64,000 nucleotides of DNA from Laetmonice hystrix. Lineage: Eukaryota. Below, piece by piece: positions 12,930 to 26,057 of this stretch (positions within the stretch are counted from its first letter, which is position 1; the number at the start of each line of letters is the position of its first letter). The notes below the pieces were generated by a model. The model did not search any database. It had not been told where the DNA came from and was given only the letters and a program-made list of their open reading frames with translations. Both the position numbers and the translations under genes were made by a program. The stretch spans positions 31,064,001 through 31,128,000 of the forward strand of contig OZ249436.1 of NCBI GenBank assembly GCA_965235115.1, written 5' to 3'.

Positions 12930-13857
12930 TTGTCAAGTTAGGTTAACCTAGTTGACCTTTATGCCCCAACAAGCACCACCTGTTCTAATGCCCCTGCATC
13001 ATCCATTCCTATGTCAGCAGTATTCATGATTATTACTTAAATGCAGCCTTAAAGTTAAGAGAATGGAATAACACTATTTTAAAACAATAATTTAGTGTAC
13101 TTGCATACACATACTTGCATACATTTGCTGAATGAAAAAAGGATATTCAACTGTCATCTGCTTTGACACTTCAGGCTACTCTGTTGCCATACATGTGGTA
13201 AAAGAGTAATTAATTTTGATTAATGAAAATCGGTTCCAGAGTGGCAAAAATTTATGGATCAAAAGTGGCAAAAAGTCATGTAGAGAAAGAGCGAGACAGA
13301 GAGAGATAGAGAGAGAGAGAGCGAGCGCAGTACCCCGGTACTTACCTGGTGGAGCACTGCAGTCATTACTTCATGGATCAGTGCTCATGGCACAATATGA
13401 TGGTCATGTCTCAAGGAATCATATAGTGTGACTTCAGAAGCCATTGTAGGGTTTTCCTTACAGTTTTATGAAATACCCAGCTTCTAAGTCTCATCCTAAA
13501 TTTCCCAAGAATACTCGTTCAGTGAGGTGCTTTAGCACTCCACCTTTTTCAGCAGAAACGTGCAAATGTTGCTGTCAGAAAAGGAAAGATTTATAAACCG
13601 AAAGCATTGTGATCCAGTTTGTATTGATTTAATTCTGGACCATGCTGGGCTGGCCAGGAGCCACAGACACAAGCTCAACATAATGGGCAATGGTATCAGT
13701 CGTGTGGAGTGAAGTCGAATTTCCCCATGTCTGTTTGTAGGAATGCTGGCCAGCCTGCTGTGTGGTTTGAGCCCATCTCAGCCATATCGTGGCACTGCCC
13801 AACCTACCTGTGCACGCCTACCTGCACCCATCTAAACACTCGTTTTGTCTGCTGCAG

Positions 13858-14529
13858 GTCGTACCTCACCCACACTTTGTCTTGGCCACCCCAGAAAGTG
13901 TGCAGATACTAACCCCTCCGAGGTATCCTGCTGCGGGTACTGCTGCTGCCGCTGCTGCTGCCGCCGCTGCCGCCAAGAGGACCAGGCAGGCCCAGCCGGA
14001 CGGCAAGTTATACAACTGCGACAAGTGTCGCTACACCACCAAACGATTGTGGAACCTTCAGCGGCACATGCGCAAACATTGGAAGGACCTCACAAAGTGT
14101 CCACTCTGTGTTGAGGCTTTCTTTATGAATGACGAACAGTTGCGGCAGCATGTGCAGTCCTCACACCAAAACGTGGACAGTGTTCGGCATCATTACCTGG
14201 AAATAGAAAAACACCTCTCAGGTGCTTACGCAATGTCGGAAAATGGTGCGGCCGAGGACCCGCAGGATAAAAGGGATGGGCAGGCCAGGGACCAGGATGC
14301 CACCGATAATTACGATGTCACAGAACATACTGCCGAGTCAGATGGGGAGGAGGTGGTGCAAGTTGTAGACATTGACCCTGACGAGGGAGACCCTCCTAAT
14401 ATAAACGACACTAATACTCTGGGCAGGGAAACATCAAAAGCTAGCCAACTTGACATCCCAGAGGAGGCAGAGAATGCTGTTGTGGAGGATCTTAGAACTG
14501 TTTCTCCAAAGGCAGAGATTCAAAACTGA
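13858..14529 (+). CDS. Alternative terminal exon A: poly-Ala tract, two C2H2 fingers (second atypical), acidic tail
   Basis: Acceptor TTTTGTCTGCTGCAG|GTC, phase 0. Fingers CDKCRYTTKRLWNLQRHMRKH and CPLCVEAFFMNDEQLRQHVQSSH. Stop TGA, then AATAAA at 14649 and 14733. Confidence 0.8.
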   Translation, partial: VVPHPHFVLATPESVQILTPPRYPAAGTAAAAAAAAAAAKRTRQAQPDGKLYNCDKCRYTTKRLWNLQRHMRKHWKDLTKCPLCVEAFFMNDEQLRQHVQSSHQNVDSVRHHYLEIEKHLSGAYAMSENGAAEDPQDKRDGQARDQDATDNYDVTEHTAESDGEEVVQVVDIDPDEGDPPNINDTNTLGRETSKASQLDIPEEAENAVVEDLRTVSPKAEIQN

Positions 14530-16171
14530 GATCAACCATTTGTTTTTTGGTCTTTCTCGTTACTGTAATTCTTTATAGTAGTGTACTGGCAAGCTGTAGC
14601 CTCACTTCTCAGGCAGGTACATATTTTTGGTTTCTACTCGTTTTGGGTAATAAATGTAATAACTACATTAAAACTCATAAGACAAAAGATTGAACAAATT
14701 GAGATTTCGGATTCATGACTGAAAAAAAAGGTAATAAATCAAGTATATAATGATTTTACTTAAAGCATGCACTCCCAACTACTGGAAAGATCCCTCTATC
14801 CTTATATACAGAGGGGTCTCATTTTTAAGAGCAGATTAATTTGTTTTGGGACAAGGGTTAAAAAGAGGGTGAGCCAGGAAACCGGAATTGTGCTTATTTT
14901 TATCCTTGGCCTAAGTAAGTAATTGTAACCTGTAGTTGGGGTTTATGTGAGAAGCATGTTTTGGCTTAGTTCCTCAAACTGTACTTATGAATCAGGGGCA
15001 ACCATTGTTAGACCGCACACAAGCCATTTTAGGCACTGATCTCAAAGCAACTTGAAAGATATGGCGCAAAAAGTAAGCCAACAACAGTGAGAATTTTTAG
15101 TGCTTCACATTTGAAACTCAGAAGTCTTCGGGAGTTTGGAAACACTCCTAGAGATAGTGGTGAGAAACTGCATGTGAAATGGCTCATCCACTTGTAAAAA
15201 AAAATAATGAAAAGGTTTTTTAGAATTTAGTGACCACAGCGACCAAAGTGAGGAGCTTACCCTGCAGAGAACCTTGCTAAAATTTGATCTACTACTGTCT
15301 TGCCATCCCTGGTTTTGTCCGGTTGCCAACGTGGCATTCAATCAGCAGTGTATGAGTTCTAGGAAACGTTGCCACTCTTGTTGTCCTTTTGCTGCAGAGT
15401 CAATCTGATGTTATTACGATTTTAGAATTTTCGTGTGTCCGACATGAAGAATGAAGACAACATTCGTAACATATTGAACACTCCTGGCTGCCTGGTTTAC
15501 CACCGTACTCATTCAGCATGAAATGGCCAGTATTTTTATCCTACCCAAATGGCATCGCTTCCCTTTACTGTCGAAACTTGACAGCCTTGAAAATACACTG
15601 GACATGTAGTTTGGGGATAGATAGCAGACTGTGAGTTCTGTCCATTGTTAGACATTGCTGCAGCAAATGGATACAATCATGTTAAATAACTGTTTTGGAA
15701 TCCATAATATTTACAAGATGTTAACCCTACAGGGCACTCGTTAGAAACCTGCTTATTGCTGTTAATTGCGTTATAATGGAGGAAAGAGGATAGAATTTCT
15801 ATTTTGGTCTAATTTACAAGTGACAGCTTCCCCAATCAGGGCATTAAATAATGGTTATTGGTACCTACACTGAATTGTTTGGTGTTTGGTGGTACCATAT
15901 TGTTCCCTGATTTTAACAATGCGAGACATTTTATCTTTTGGTTTCGAAGAGGTCGATTATTTTTCACTTGGACGTTGGTTGTCTGTTGATGTTGGTTCAT
16001 CTTTTGTTAGTCCCATGAGGGATAGTTCGATACTGATAACTTTCAGTATCAAATAGACAAACCATATGAGATATTGCTATACCATGGCAGCTTTTCTGTC
16101 TGACAGAACAACATTGGGATTTGCAGTTTTTCACAGCGAGAGGTAACTGCTGGGGTAATATGTGATCTGCG

Positions 16172-17002
16172 TAATGCCCGGTGCACACAACACGATTCTA
16201 GTCGGTGATCCGCAATCTGAGCAATCGCCGACTGAGAGTCGTGTAGTGTGCATGTAATCGCCGACTAGATAAGACGAGTTATGACGAGTTTCGTGTCGGC
16301 GACCTGCAGTCTTATACGATTCAAAAAATGAATAGGGCCCAATAACAGTCATGTAGTGTGCACCACTTCTAAGATTGTAGTTGTCAGTGTGCGCACAATT
16401 CCCGACGCGACTCGATCGTGGGGAACACATGGTCCAATCACAGCGCAGGAATTTTGTCATGCGACACCCTATGGATGCATGCGTGCCTGCATGCTTGATA
16501 ATAATGGGTGACGCCAAACCCAGTAGCCATGCTCCTCTGGAAATTTAAAAAAGAACATCAAATAATGTAATCTCTGGAGTCCTGATTGTGTGGAAATATG
16601 AAGATTTCCTTTGGTTAAAATAATGTAGGCCTATTTATAGGCCTACACTTTCTTTCTTTTACAAAAATGTCCTTAATATAGGCCTAGTAAATTTTCAAGG
16701 GGGGATTTCCGGATACTTGGAAACCCCCCTGGAGACGCCACTGTTTCATATCAAGTTCAAAACGTGATGGTGACCGTCATGACGTGCGTGCACTTATATG
16801 AGTAGGCCTAGTTCAAGTTTTCAACACCAGGATCGTGGCAATGGGCTGGCGGGTCGCCGACAATTGAGTCGCAAGTGTGCATGAGTCTCGTTGTAGGAAT
16901 CGTGTAGTGTGCGCGCGTCAGTCTTTAATCGGGAATCGGGGGAAACTGATAGCAACTCAACTGTCGCGTCTTAACAAGTCGTGTAGTGTGCACCGGGCAT
17001 TA
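16172..17002. mobile_element. MITE with TIR TAATGCCCGGTGCACAC and internal TCGTGTAGTGTG repeats
   Basis: Left end TAATGCCCGGTGCACACAACACGA, right end TCGTGTAGTGTGCACCGGGCATTA; TA/TWA-type target; no coding capacity. Confidence 0.7.
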
Positions 17003-19954
17003 CACGTCATCAAATGGAATACGAAAGTTGGCCCAACATTAATTTGGTGATGATAAGGGAATATTTACCAAAACCCAAACGTGGTTCCTCCAAATGTGTT
17101 CTCCAAGGAATATGAATATTTTTATAAATATTATGACAATTATGAAAGCATAGTTTTAATAAACTGTAAATGGTACAGACTGAGGAAAGTTAGTTGATAT
17201 TTTATCAAGTTGTTGTCAAATACACCTTTTTCTTTCATTTTTACCACATAGCTTTATCCTTTTATTTAGAAAGGCCATATAATTTTATGTCCTAAGTTTT
17301 ATTTCAAAGTTATTCTAAATTATTTAAATAATGATTGATCGGGGCCGTGAATAGTTTTAGGATAATTTAGAGTACAGTAAGAATACTAAGACTTATACGG
17401 TACAAACACATTGTACACTTAGGTTATGAGTTGTTATAACGGTAACCCCAATCTCCCAATCAGCTAACATTTTTGCTTTATGACTTTGCTACTTAACTTG
17501 TAAAATATGATACCATTATTCAAGAATTTCTACATGATAAGGACACTTTGATAACAAAAAGCCTTTGCTTCTATACCAAAGAGTTTAATGTAAGTCCAGT
17601 ACTAGTGTAAAGTTTGTGTGAGTTCTTTGTGATGGAAGTTTTTGAGGGATGATACTGTATTTATCACAAAGTGTGAGTGAGAGCTTATGAAATTCGGGAG
17701 GGGGGAGACTTAGGTTATCGAACACATCTCTTTTAAAAGATAGCCACCTTGTTTGTTTGTGAGGAAGTTGATGTTAACACATATAAAGAATGTGTGTATG
17801 TAAACTTAAATCTCTAAACACCAAATGTTAGAAATCAGTGCATTGAACCAGGTATTCAGGAGACCAGTATGTGCTGAAAGTTTAATCAATACAAGAATAC
17901 AAATACCAAGGAGAAATAGGCCTACTTCAAGAATCCTGCTTCACGTAAATACTCTTTATTTTGAATCAGTGACCTTCTTGATACACATATTACAGGGGAT
18001 TAGTTGGAGAGAGTACGCACGTAAGTGGTATTTGTTGGATGAAATAGATTAGTTATAGTTTTTGAGTTGAACATTCAAAGAAGCTACTCGTACTTAAAAG
18101 TATTGAATTAATTAGTACCAGGGTTATTCTACAAGCATTTATGTTTTGTCAACTCCAGAAGATTAAATGGTACCGATTGTTGAAGATATTAAAGTATTAA
18201 AGGGCCCAAGCCAAACTATACGTTTGTAATACAATTTTGGTGGGCTGTTATTTTGAGATGAGTGTAGTCTTAATGTCGTTGTTTGTTGGAAGATTTACTT
18301 GTTACAAAGCTATATAGCTAGGCATGAAGGATGGAGCAGCTCAAGAAGTGACTGTTATGTCTGTAATGGTGAACGCATGCATAGCTGTCGAAACTGCATT
18401 CACAGAATAAGCTGTGTGAAACAGGTCATTATCTAATAACAGCAAAAATTTTCATATCACTAACAGTGGCAGAGGAATTGCTCACACACTTCCTTCATTG
18501 ATATTTCAGTAATACTTGTTTCTCAAGGATGTTTAAGAACCCCGTGAGGTACATCGGAATCTTTGATAAGTTTGAGTCTTTTTGTACCGTGCACACTGTC
18601 GTTGGTAGATGAAGCTCGAGTTGGGACAGTAGAACTCCCATGTTCCAGAAGCTATGAACCTTTTGTTGAAGTGAAAGTAGTAAGATATAAATTTTCTTTT
18701 ATCCCATGTCTTGTAGGCCATGTATACAAGTACTGGTTTAACACTGAGAGAAAAGAACGTTCATAGACTGTGTGAGAGTTGCTGCTGGACAGGAAACTCT
18801 TACATTCAATATTGAATTATCCTGGCCTAAAATAGTGAATCTTTCCATAACATTGAAAATGTAAGTTTTGAAAGGTGAAAATGATTTTTGCTCTTGATAA
18901 TAAGAGATACATGTTCCAGTAATACTCTCAAGATAAGTTATTGTCCTCAGGCAGGATCTTTCTTTTGAATCGTTTTTAACAAATATCGAAAAAGGTGAAG
19001 GACTGAAGGAAGTCTGGAATACCATGTGATGTTCTTTTACACCAATCTTTTGGATATAATTTAAAAATAATTGAGAAAGGTTATTTTTAATCTTGGAAAT
19101 AGTTTTCTTGTAAAATATTCTTCGTACTGCCTCTCAGATTTTGTCTGTTATTGCACTAGCTGATACGTTCTGGAAATCCATTGAACGTTTAATTTTTTAA
19201 TTAGTCTATTTTTTTAAATACAAATACCGGTATTACTGATGGTAAATGTGAAGGTCATTATAACGTTACCATACCCAAAAACTTATACATAATTTTCTCT
19301 TAATGTTTTCCACATGGATGCTCGTTTTTATGCTAAATAAGGGCCCCGCGGGTACTCAGCTATGATTTGTTCTTACCATGTGGCCAAGTAATTATAGTGT
19401 ATTTGACCAAAACTTACAGTCCACAATTGCAGTTGTGCAATGATGTGTTGTATAATGATCTAATGTTAACTTTCGTTAGTGGTAAACGTTAGCACTGGAT
19501 CTGGGATTGCATGTGGTGCTTTATACGTTAGTTATACCAACCGTACATAATATATTATAATGTAGCAGTTATGCAGAGGTGCTTCACCCTATTCTGTGTC
19601 GAAAGTGAAATAAAAAAGCATGTTTAGAAAATGCCGCATTATGTCCTGATGTCCCTTTGCTTGTAGTAAGTCATAAGTCATATCTGACATATAGCACCAT
19701 ATTATTGGTGAAACCCACTGGGAAATGGAAGAAGTGCCATAGCATAATTGATTAGATATACTGGTGTTTATGCAGTATTTTCCTGATTGAATTTGACCAT
19801 GATGACATATTCTAATATGAATAATGTCATATTTTACATGAACTTGATGTTACCTTTAAAGGTTTTTTTCTGAAGGTGATGAGGTGTGTGCGCGTGTGGT
19901 TGAACCGGTGGCTGTGGTAGGAAACATTAACCAGGCGTACCTGTTGTTCTTTAG

Positions 19955-20377
19955 GGCTTGGTCCACCCTGACCCATCCACCCAGGGCACCACCACAACCA
20001 CCACCACCGCAACACTCCGAGAAACCTCCCACCAGCAGTCCACCTCCGAGAAGTCGCATTTAATCGGACAGCGAGGCCGAAGGTCCAAATTATCACTAGC
20101 GAACATACAGCCTTACGGTTGTCCAGTTTGCGGCATGGAATTCTCCCAACTGGGAAATATGAAGCGGCACTTACGCACACACACAGGAGAGAGGCCGTAC
20201 AAATGTGAACACTGTTCAAATGCTTTTAGGCAGTCGACCCACCTTAAACGGCACCTTCTCACACACACCAAAGAAAGGCCGTTCCGCTGTAGAGTGTGTT
20301 GTGCCACCTTCATCCAAAGCAATAACCTACTGGTCCACATGACTAATTATCATAGTGGAGAGATAGCGGGAGAATGA
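19955..20377 (+). CDS. Alternative terminal exon B: three tandem C2H2 fingers
   Basis: Acceptor CTGTTGTTCTTTAG|GGC, phase 0. Fingers are joined by TGERPY and TKERPF linkers; stop TGA. There is no in-frame ATG before the first finger, so it is unlikely to be a stand-alone gene. Confidence 0.85.
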   Translation, partial: GLVHPDPSTQGTTTTTTTATLRETSHQQSTSEKSHLIGQRGRRSKLSLANIQPYGCPVCGMEFSQLGNMKRHLRTHTGERPYKCEHCSNAFRQSTHLKRHLLTHTKERPFRCRVCCATFIQSNNLLVHMTNYHSGEIAGE

Positions 20378-20785
20378 CAGGTAGTGCAGAACCTCTAATT
20401 CTCTGTCCTTTAGGTTTCTCCAGGCTTCTGGTAGTCGGCTTCTTGTTGCTTTTAAAAGACAATGGGAGACACTAGCTCTCCTTGAGTAGATAGCAATCAA
20501 GACCAAAGATTCCTGGAAACACCCTCCAGTAGTAGCTAAGATTGCAACCTAGGCTAAGTCTTTTCGTATTCTGGTCCTTAGATCCCTTGCCAAGTCAAGC
20601 CCTAATGTTATTAATCACTGGACATTTCAGAATTTAATGAAATGAATTTGATGTTCACGACACTGTATTTGCATGTGCACTTTGTTGAAGTCTAGGACGT
20701 AAGATTTGATTGTGTACATAAATATTCTGTGTTAAGGTGAACTGATAAGGACCAACTATTAAACAGGACCTTTTTCCTCCTGCAG

Positions 20786-21313
20786 AAACACTTGTCAACG
20801 GAACAGTCATGGCCTGCAGTGGTGTCCCCTGTTCTTGAGCGACTTAAGAATCCATTGGTCGAGAGGTGGCACGGGCGTACAGGATGGGAGGGTGCGTCGA
20901 TTGTTCAAGCTCTTGGCCTGCCGCACCAGCTGATGACCGCTTCAGTCAGGCTAAGCCCTGCTGGACCCCAGGCCGGTGCCCTGACCAAACCTTATGAGTG
21001 CCCGGTGTGTCACCTGCATTTTGCACAGGGCGGGAATATGAAGCGGCATATGAGAACACACACGGGCGAGAAACCGTACAGGTGCCAGTTATGTGGTGCG
21101 GCCTTTAACCAGTCAACCCACCTCAAGTCCCATTCTTTGGTCCACACTGGGGAGAGACCTCATAAATGTTCAGTTTGTAATGCCGCTTTTAAACGAAAGA
21201 GTGCGCTGCATGTGCATTTTACCAGTGCACATGCGCATAGACAGCAAAGAGGAGAGAGAAACAGGATAAGCGAGGACTTTAACATCAGTGTAACATCGGC
21301 CAGTACCGGTTGA
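20786..21313 (+). CDS. Alternative terminal exon C: three tandem C2H2 fingers
   Basis: Acceptor CTTTTTCCTCCTGCAG|AAA, phase 0. TGEKPY and TGERPH linkers; stop TGA. Confidence 0.85.
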   Translation, partial: KHLSTEQSWPAVVSPVLERLKNPLVERWHGRTGWEGASIVQALGLPHQLMTASVRLSPAGPQAGALTKPYECPVCHLHFAQGGNMKRHMRTHTGEKPYRCQLCGAAFNQSTHLKSHSLVHTGERPHKCSVCNAAFKRKSALHVHFTSAHAHRQQRGERNRISEDFNISVTSASTG

Positions 21314-23357
21314 CACCTGTTGGCACTATGAACAGTGCCCAACTGGTCGACAGGAATGACATGGAACTTTTTGAATCAGCATTCTTCATGCTTGGTGATT
21401 TGTTGGCCATTTTAACGAATTGTGTTTTACCATATCTACATTCCTGGCATTGCAGGAAGGCCATTCCATGTTTTTGGTATTCACATGTTCACTTTATCTT
21501 CAGGGGAGTTTCTCCTTAGAATCACACCGAAGTCGTTAAAATCTAGTCTGGAAGCAGAGATTATTCACTGGTTTTTAAAGTCTGGTCTGTAGTGGCCAAG
21601 TTTTATTAGTAGACACTGTGCTCTCTAGAAGTGAGACATTTCGTATCTAACTGGACATCCCGCCTGCTGCAGTCTGGTTCCCCTAGAAATGATCAGGGAT
21701 CCCATTCCACCGCTGTTTAGTCTATCTGCCCCTTGTCTAAATCTCCTGTTAATTGTGAAAGGAAACTATTTAAAAGATGCACCCAAAGCCTTCGCGTCGG
21801 TTACTCTTCTAAACCAAGATGTCGATGAAGTAAGGGAAACAGTACACTTTAAATATAAAGTAACTCAAAAGTAGATCTATTTATATAGAGTACATTGTTT
21901 ATTTTATTGTTATTTTGCAAAAATAGCTACTTTAATACTAATAGCTCCTGGGTTATTATGCAGTTTACAAAATAGTTCCCGAAAAAGAGGATGAATGGCT
22001 TATTTAGGTTCACAGCCACTACCCTCCGTTTTAACGGCCAGGTCTTTGCTATGGTCCATGTGTGGTGCAGTAGTTCTGGGTTCTTGGTCATTATTGCTTT
22101 TCTATGATCTTTTAGGTGTTCATGTATGTTGTTATGTGTTAGCAGATGCATCATAATAAGCCTGCTTCAGCTCGTTATTTCAAATGTCTTTTTTCAAATA
22201 TTCAAACATTTGCAATGTAGAAAAGTCAAGTATTCATTGAATTTGATGGATAGCATTAGTGATCACATCGAGATGTATGAGAGATTTTGTGATGAATTAC
22301 GGTTCCAACAACCTCTTGATTACAAAAACATCAAAGAGGCAGTGAAGAAGAAATATAAAACTGATATCTTTATCCCCCCCCAAAAAAAAGAACCTCTTGG
22401 GTTCAAAGCATAGGTTTAACAATAGTAGAACAATATACACAGGGTACTGCATTCGTGATTTATATTTATGAAATACATAAATGTACAGACTGAGATTTTC
22501 CGTGTACATCATTTTCTCAGCAGCAAGGCATTTGTTATATACCGGTATTTATTTCCGAGTCTTGTCGCAGCACTTGTGTTAAAGTTGTAGTAGGTGGCAA
22601 GCAGCCACACTAGAAAGGGTCCATTGCACAGAACCACTTTCTCCAATGTTATTGTAAAATACAATAAAAAAGATTCTTCATGGAATATTCATTTCTTTGT
22701 CTTGTCCTGATATAAAGTTGAGAAGCAAGGAACCAGCAATATATCAGTTATAAATATTCAAAGGTGGTACTTATTGCCGCCTACCCTTTTTGCCCTGTCC
22801 TAGATTGAGAATTCCGCCAGGTCGTACCGAGGCAATTGATATTGTTTGGCTTTTGTAAATGTGCGAAGTACAATGTATATGGACTACATGCAGCTTCACA
22901 TAGTTCTGCCAACCAACAGATAAAATGCCAGAGTTTCGTAGATGCCTTGTTATGCATGTAACTGGCATTGTGTTAGAGATTAAAGTTCAGAACACAGGCA
23001 CGTCTTATTATAAGTCTAAATTACACAGGGTCAGAGAGGAGTATTAAACGGTCAGGTGTGGGGGTTGTACGTCCACATCTATGAACAAATTTTTCATTTC
23101 AATTAATATTTAATTAACAGATAATACCTTTATGGACTTTTACATTTTAATTAATTTAAATATGAATTTTCGTATATATTCTAGGCATAACGTATGGCGA
23201 TTTTAAGTATCTGTCCTAGAACACAATTATCAAGTCTTCCCACTGAATTTCATTTTGTGTGATCTGTTCACCTTTATTACAGTACATGTACATGTACACG
23301 TACAGTGTCTTGATCAACTGTTCACTCACACAGTTGGAATGATGTGTCTATTTCCAG

Positions 23358-23780
23358 GTTCGCAAGCCTCTACAGATTGCTCCCATAGTTCCCTACATGC
23401 CCATTGCCCAATCCCCGCCCAAGGTTTCTCAAACCAAGTCAGGGACGTGTCCAATCTGCCAGCGTAAGGTTTACAGTGTCAAACAACACATGGTGACGCA
23501 CACAGGCCTACGACAACACGAGTGTCACATCTGCTGTAAACGTTTCGGCAAGAGCGACAACCTCAAGGTCCACATGCGCACACACACGGGCGAGAAGCCG
23601 TACACGTGCACGCTGTGCGGTATGGCGTTCACGACCAACGGTAACCTCAAGAGTCACATCAAAGTGCACGACAGCGGGGGAAATGTTCGAGAAGCACGGA
23701 ATATGAAATGTGCGATCTGCTACAAAAAGTTTGCCAGCAGCGAGGAAAAAAACAGTCACGTTTGCCCTTACGATATTTAG
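23358..23780 (+). CDS. Alternative terminal exon D: one shortened finger, two canonical C2H2 fingers and a terminal C2HC-like finger
   Basis: Acceptor TCTATTTCCAG|GTT, phase 0. Fingers CHICCKRFGKSDNLKVHMRTH-TGEKPY-TCTLCGMAFTTNGNLKSHIKVH; stop TAG. Confidence 0.85.
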   Translation, partial: VRKPLQIAPIVPYMPIAQSPPKVSQTKSGTCPICQRKVYSVKQHMVTHTGLRQHECHICCKRFGKSDNLKVHMRTHTGEKPYTCTLCGMAFTTNGNLKSHIKVHDSGGNVREARNMKCAICYKKFASSEEKNSHVCPYDI

Positions 23781-25391
23781 AGATAAGGCATCCACCGAAT
23801 GAATGACCAGCTGAATAGAGAGAAAGCAAACACCAGGACGATTTTGATGAACAAGTCCCCAAAATGACAACTCCCGCCAGCAAGTCTTACCATTTTGGTG
23901 GAGAACCAAACGACGGCGATTTGAACCCACAGCCTGATGACCACCAAACCTTCTAATTTCCCTTCAGCTTACGGAATTTGAATAGAACTTTTTAAAAATA
24001 AAACTAGGCTGGTTGTAAAGCAGGGTTTCTCATAGAGCGTACATCTTAGAAGAAGGCAATAGACTGAACGATCTCGTGTTAATTTACATAAAAAACCTTT
24101 CTCTATTGCTCTGCATCTACCATGGACATGCTAGAAACCCTTTTTATGGTTGTTCTTTGGGTGCTAGACAAGCTAAAAATACCTGTAGGGCTGGACACCT
24201 AAATGGATCCGCCAGTGGAACGTCTGGAATGTGGATGGTATTATAACGTATTTCAATTATCTTCAATCAGTTCGATTAGCGCTTGGGGTCAAATTAGTGC
24301 AATAAAATGAAGCATTTTCTGAAATTCAACTCAGCATGCAAATTCTGGAATTTCGGTTCCAATGCACAAATGCACATTGAATTACTTCCAATGTGCCTTG
24401 AACTAGAAGTCTGAATGGTCCAAATTCTATTATGCGCATCAATGCACAATCTGGGCTCTAGTTGTGAAAAGGGAATTTGGTAATTACTTGATCGGTGCAA
24501 CTTTATCACAAGGCGATCCCTGTAGTGAAATTAAAGAAGTGGGTTTGAGTCCTTACTTCTATCTTGATCAAACGTACAGTATCAGTAACTTAACCTGCAG
24601 GGGGAAGGCTGATACCATTTTCCTGTACTCGTCAATTCCAAAAACCTAGTCCTTGCAACATATATACGGTATAGATGCCAGTGATTTCTTAGTTTAGGTC
24701 CTCGTTGAGAATTCTTCTTTCGACGGTTGCTTTCAACGTGAAGCCCTCGGATAAGTAAAAATTAATTATTGTCCTTCCCCTGGAAAAAATGAGAAACGCA
24801 CCAAATGTTTCGTTAATTATATATATGCTTCAAACTTTACAACTTTCAAGAAAGTACTTTGATGTAAACGCACCTATGTTAGATTTTTATGCCCCTTAGA
24901 AAAGGGTTGGAGTAAAGACTAACTTCTCGTTTTTTGACGGCCAATGAGGAGGAAAGTAATGCTCAGAACCACTGTTATATAATTATGTAGAAACTGTTTC
25001 CATCAGGTTCCATCATTGGTCTGTCTGCTATTGATTGTGTCTGCTAGTCTAGGAACCACATAAACCAGTGTCCATTTCAAAGGCTAATAGACTGTAAAAT
25101 ATACTGGTACTTGGCACACAAGTATATGTAACACGCATTATACCACATCCACAAACTGACTGACGACTTGGGTTGTAAAACAAACCTGAGTTGTTTCAAC
25201 ATTAGTTGTGCACAGATTGTGAAGGCTACAATTGCCTACATAATAGTTTTATTAAAAATTAAGGTGTTCATCTTTCTTACAATAGCATCTTTATGTAGTA
25301 TCTGTAGCATATTGAATAAACTGCCAACTCTTAGAAACCAACAACTGCATGTTATTTTCAATACTTACAATTATTCACTCAAGACGCAACA

Positions 25392-25583
25392 GACGGTGCA
25401 TAGTTTACAATGTATATATGGTTTACAATGTAGATGGTGCATAGTTTACAATGTATATATGGTTTACAATGTAGATGGTGCATAGTTTACAATGTATATA
25501 TGGTTTACAATGTAGACGGTGCATAGTTTACAATGTATATATGGTTTACAATGTAGACGGTGCATAGTTTACAATGTATATGG
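25392..25583. repeat. 41-bp tandem array (four full units plus a partial) at the duplication junction
   Basis: Unit GA(C/T)GGTGCATAGTTTACAATGTATATATGGTTTACAATGTA starts at 25392, 25433, 25474, 25515 and 25556 (partial). Confidence 0.9.
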
Positions 25584-26057
25584 ACTACATGCAGCTTCAC
25601 ATAGTTCTGCCAACCAACAGATAAAATGCCAGAGTTTCGTAGATGCCTTGTTATGCATGTAACGAGCATTGTGTTAGAGATTAAAGTTCAGAACACAGGC
25701 ACGTCTTATTATAAGTCTAAATTATACAGGGTCAGAGAGGAGTATTAAACGGTCAGGTGTGGGGGTTGTACGTCCACATCTATGAACAAATTTTTTATTT
25801 CAATTAATACTTAATTAACAGATAATACCTTTATGAACTTTTACATTTTAATTAATTTAAATATGAATTTTCGTATATTTTAGGCATAACATATGGCGAT
25901 TTTAAGTATCTGTCCTAGAACACAATTATCAAGTCTTCCCACTGAATTTCATTTTGTGTGATCTGTTCACCTTTATTACAGTACATGTACATGTACACGT
26001 ACAGTGTCTTTGATCAACTGCTCACTCACACAGTTGGAATAATGTGTCTATTTCCAG

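Noticed and set aside
18320..18436. CYVC...CRNC peptide as a possible sixth zinc-binding alternative exon
   Set aside because: No pyrimidine-rich acceptor, no C2H2 His pair and only ~38 codons; probably chance.
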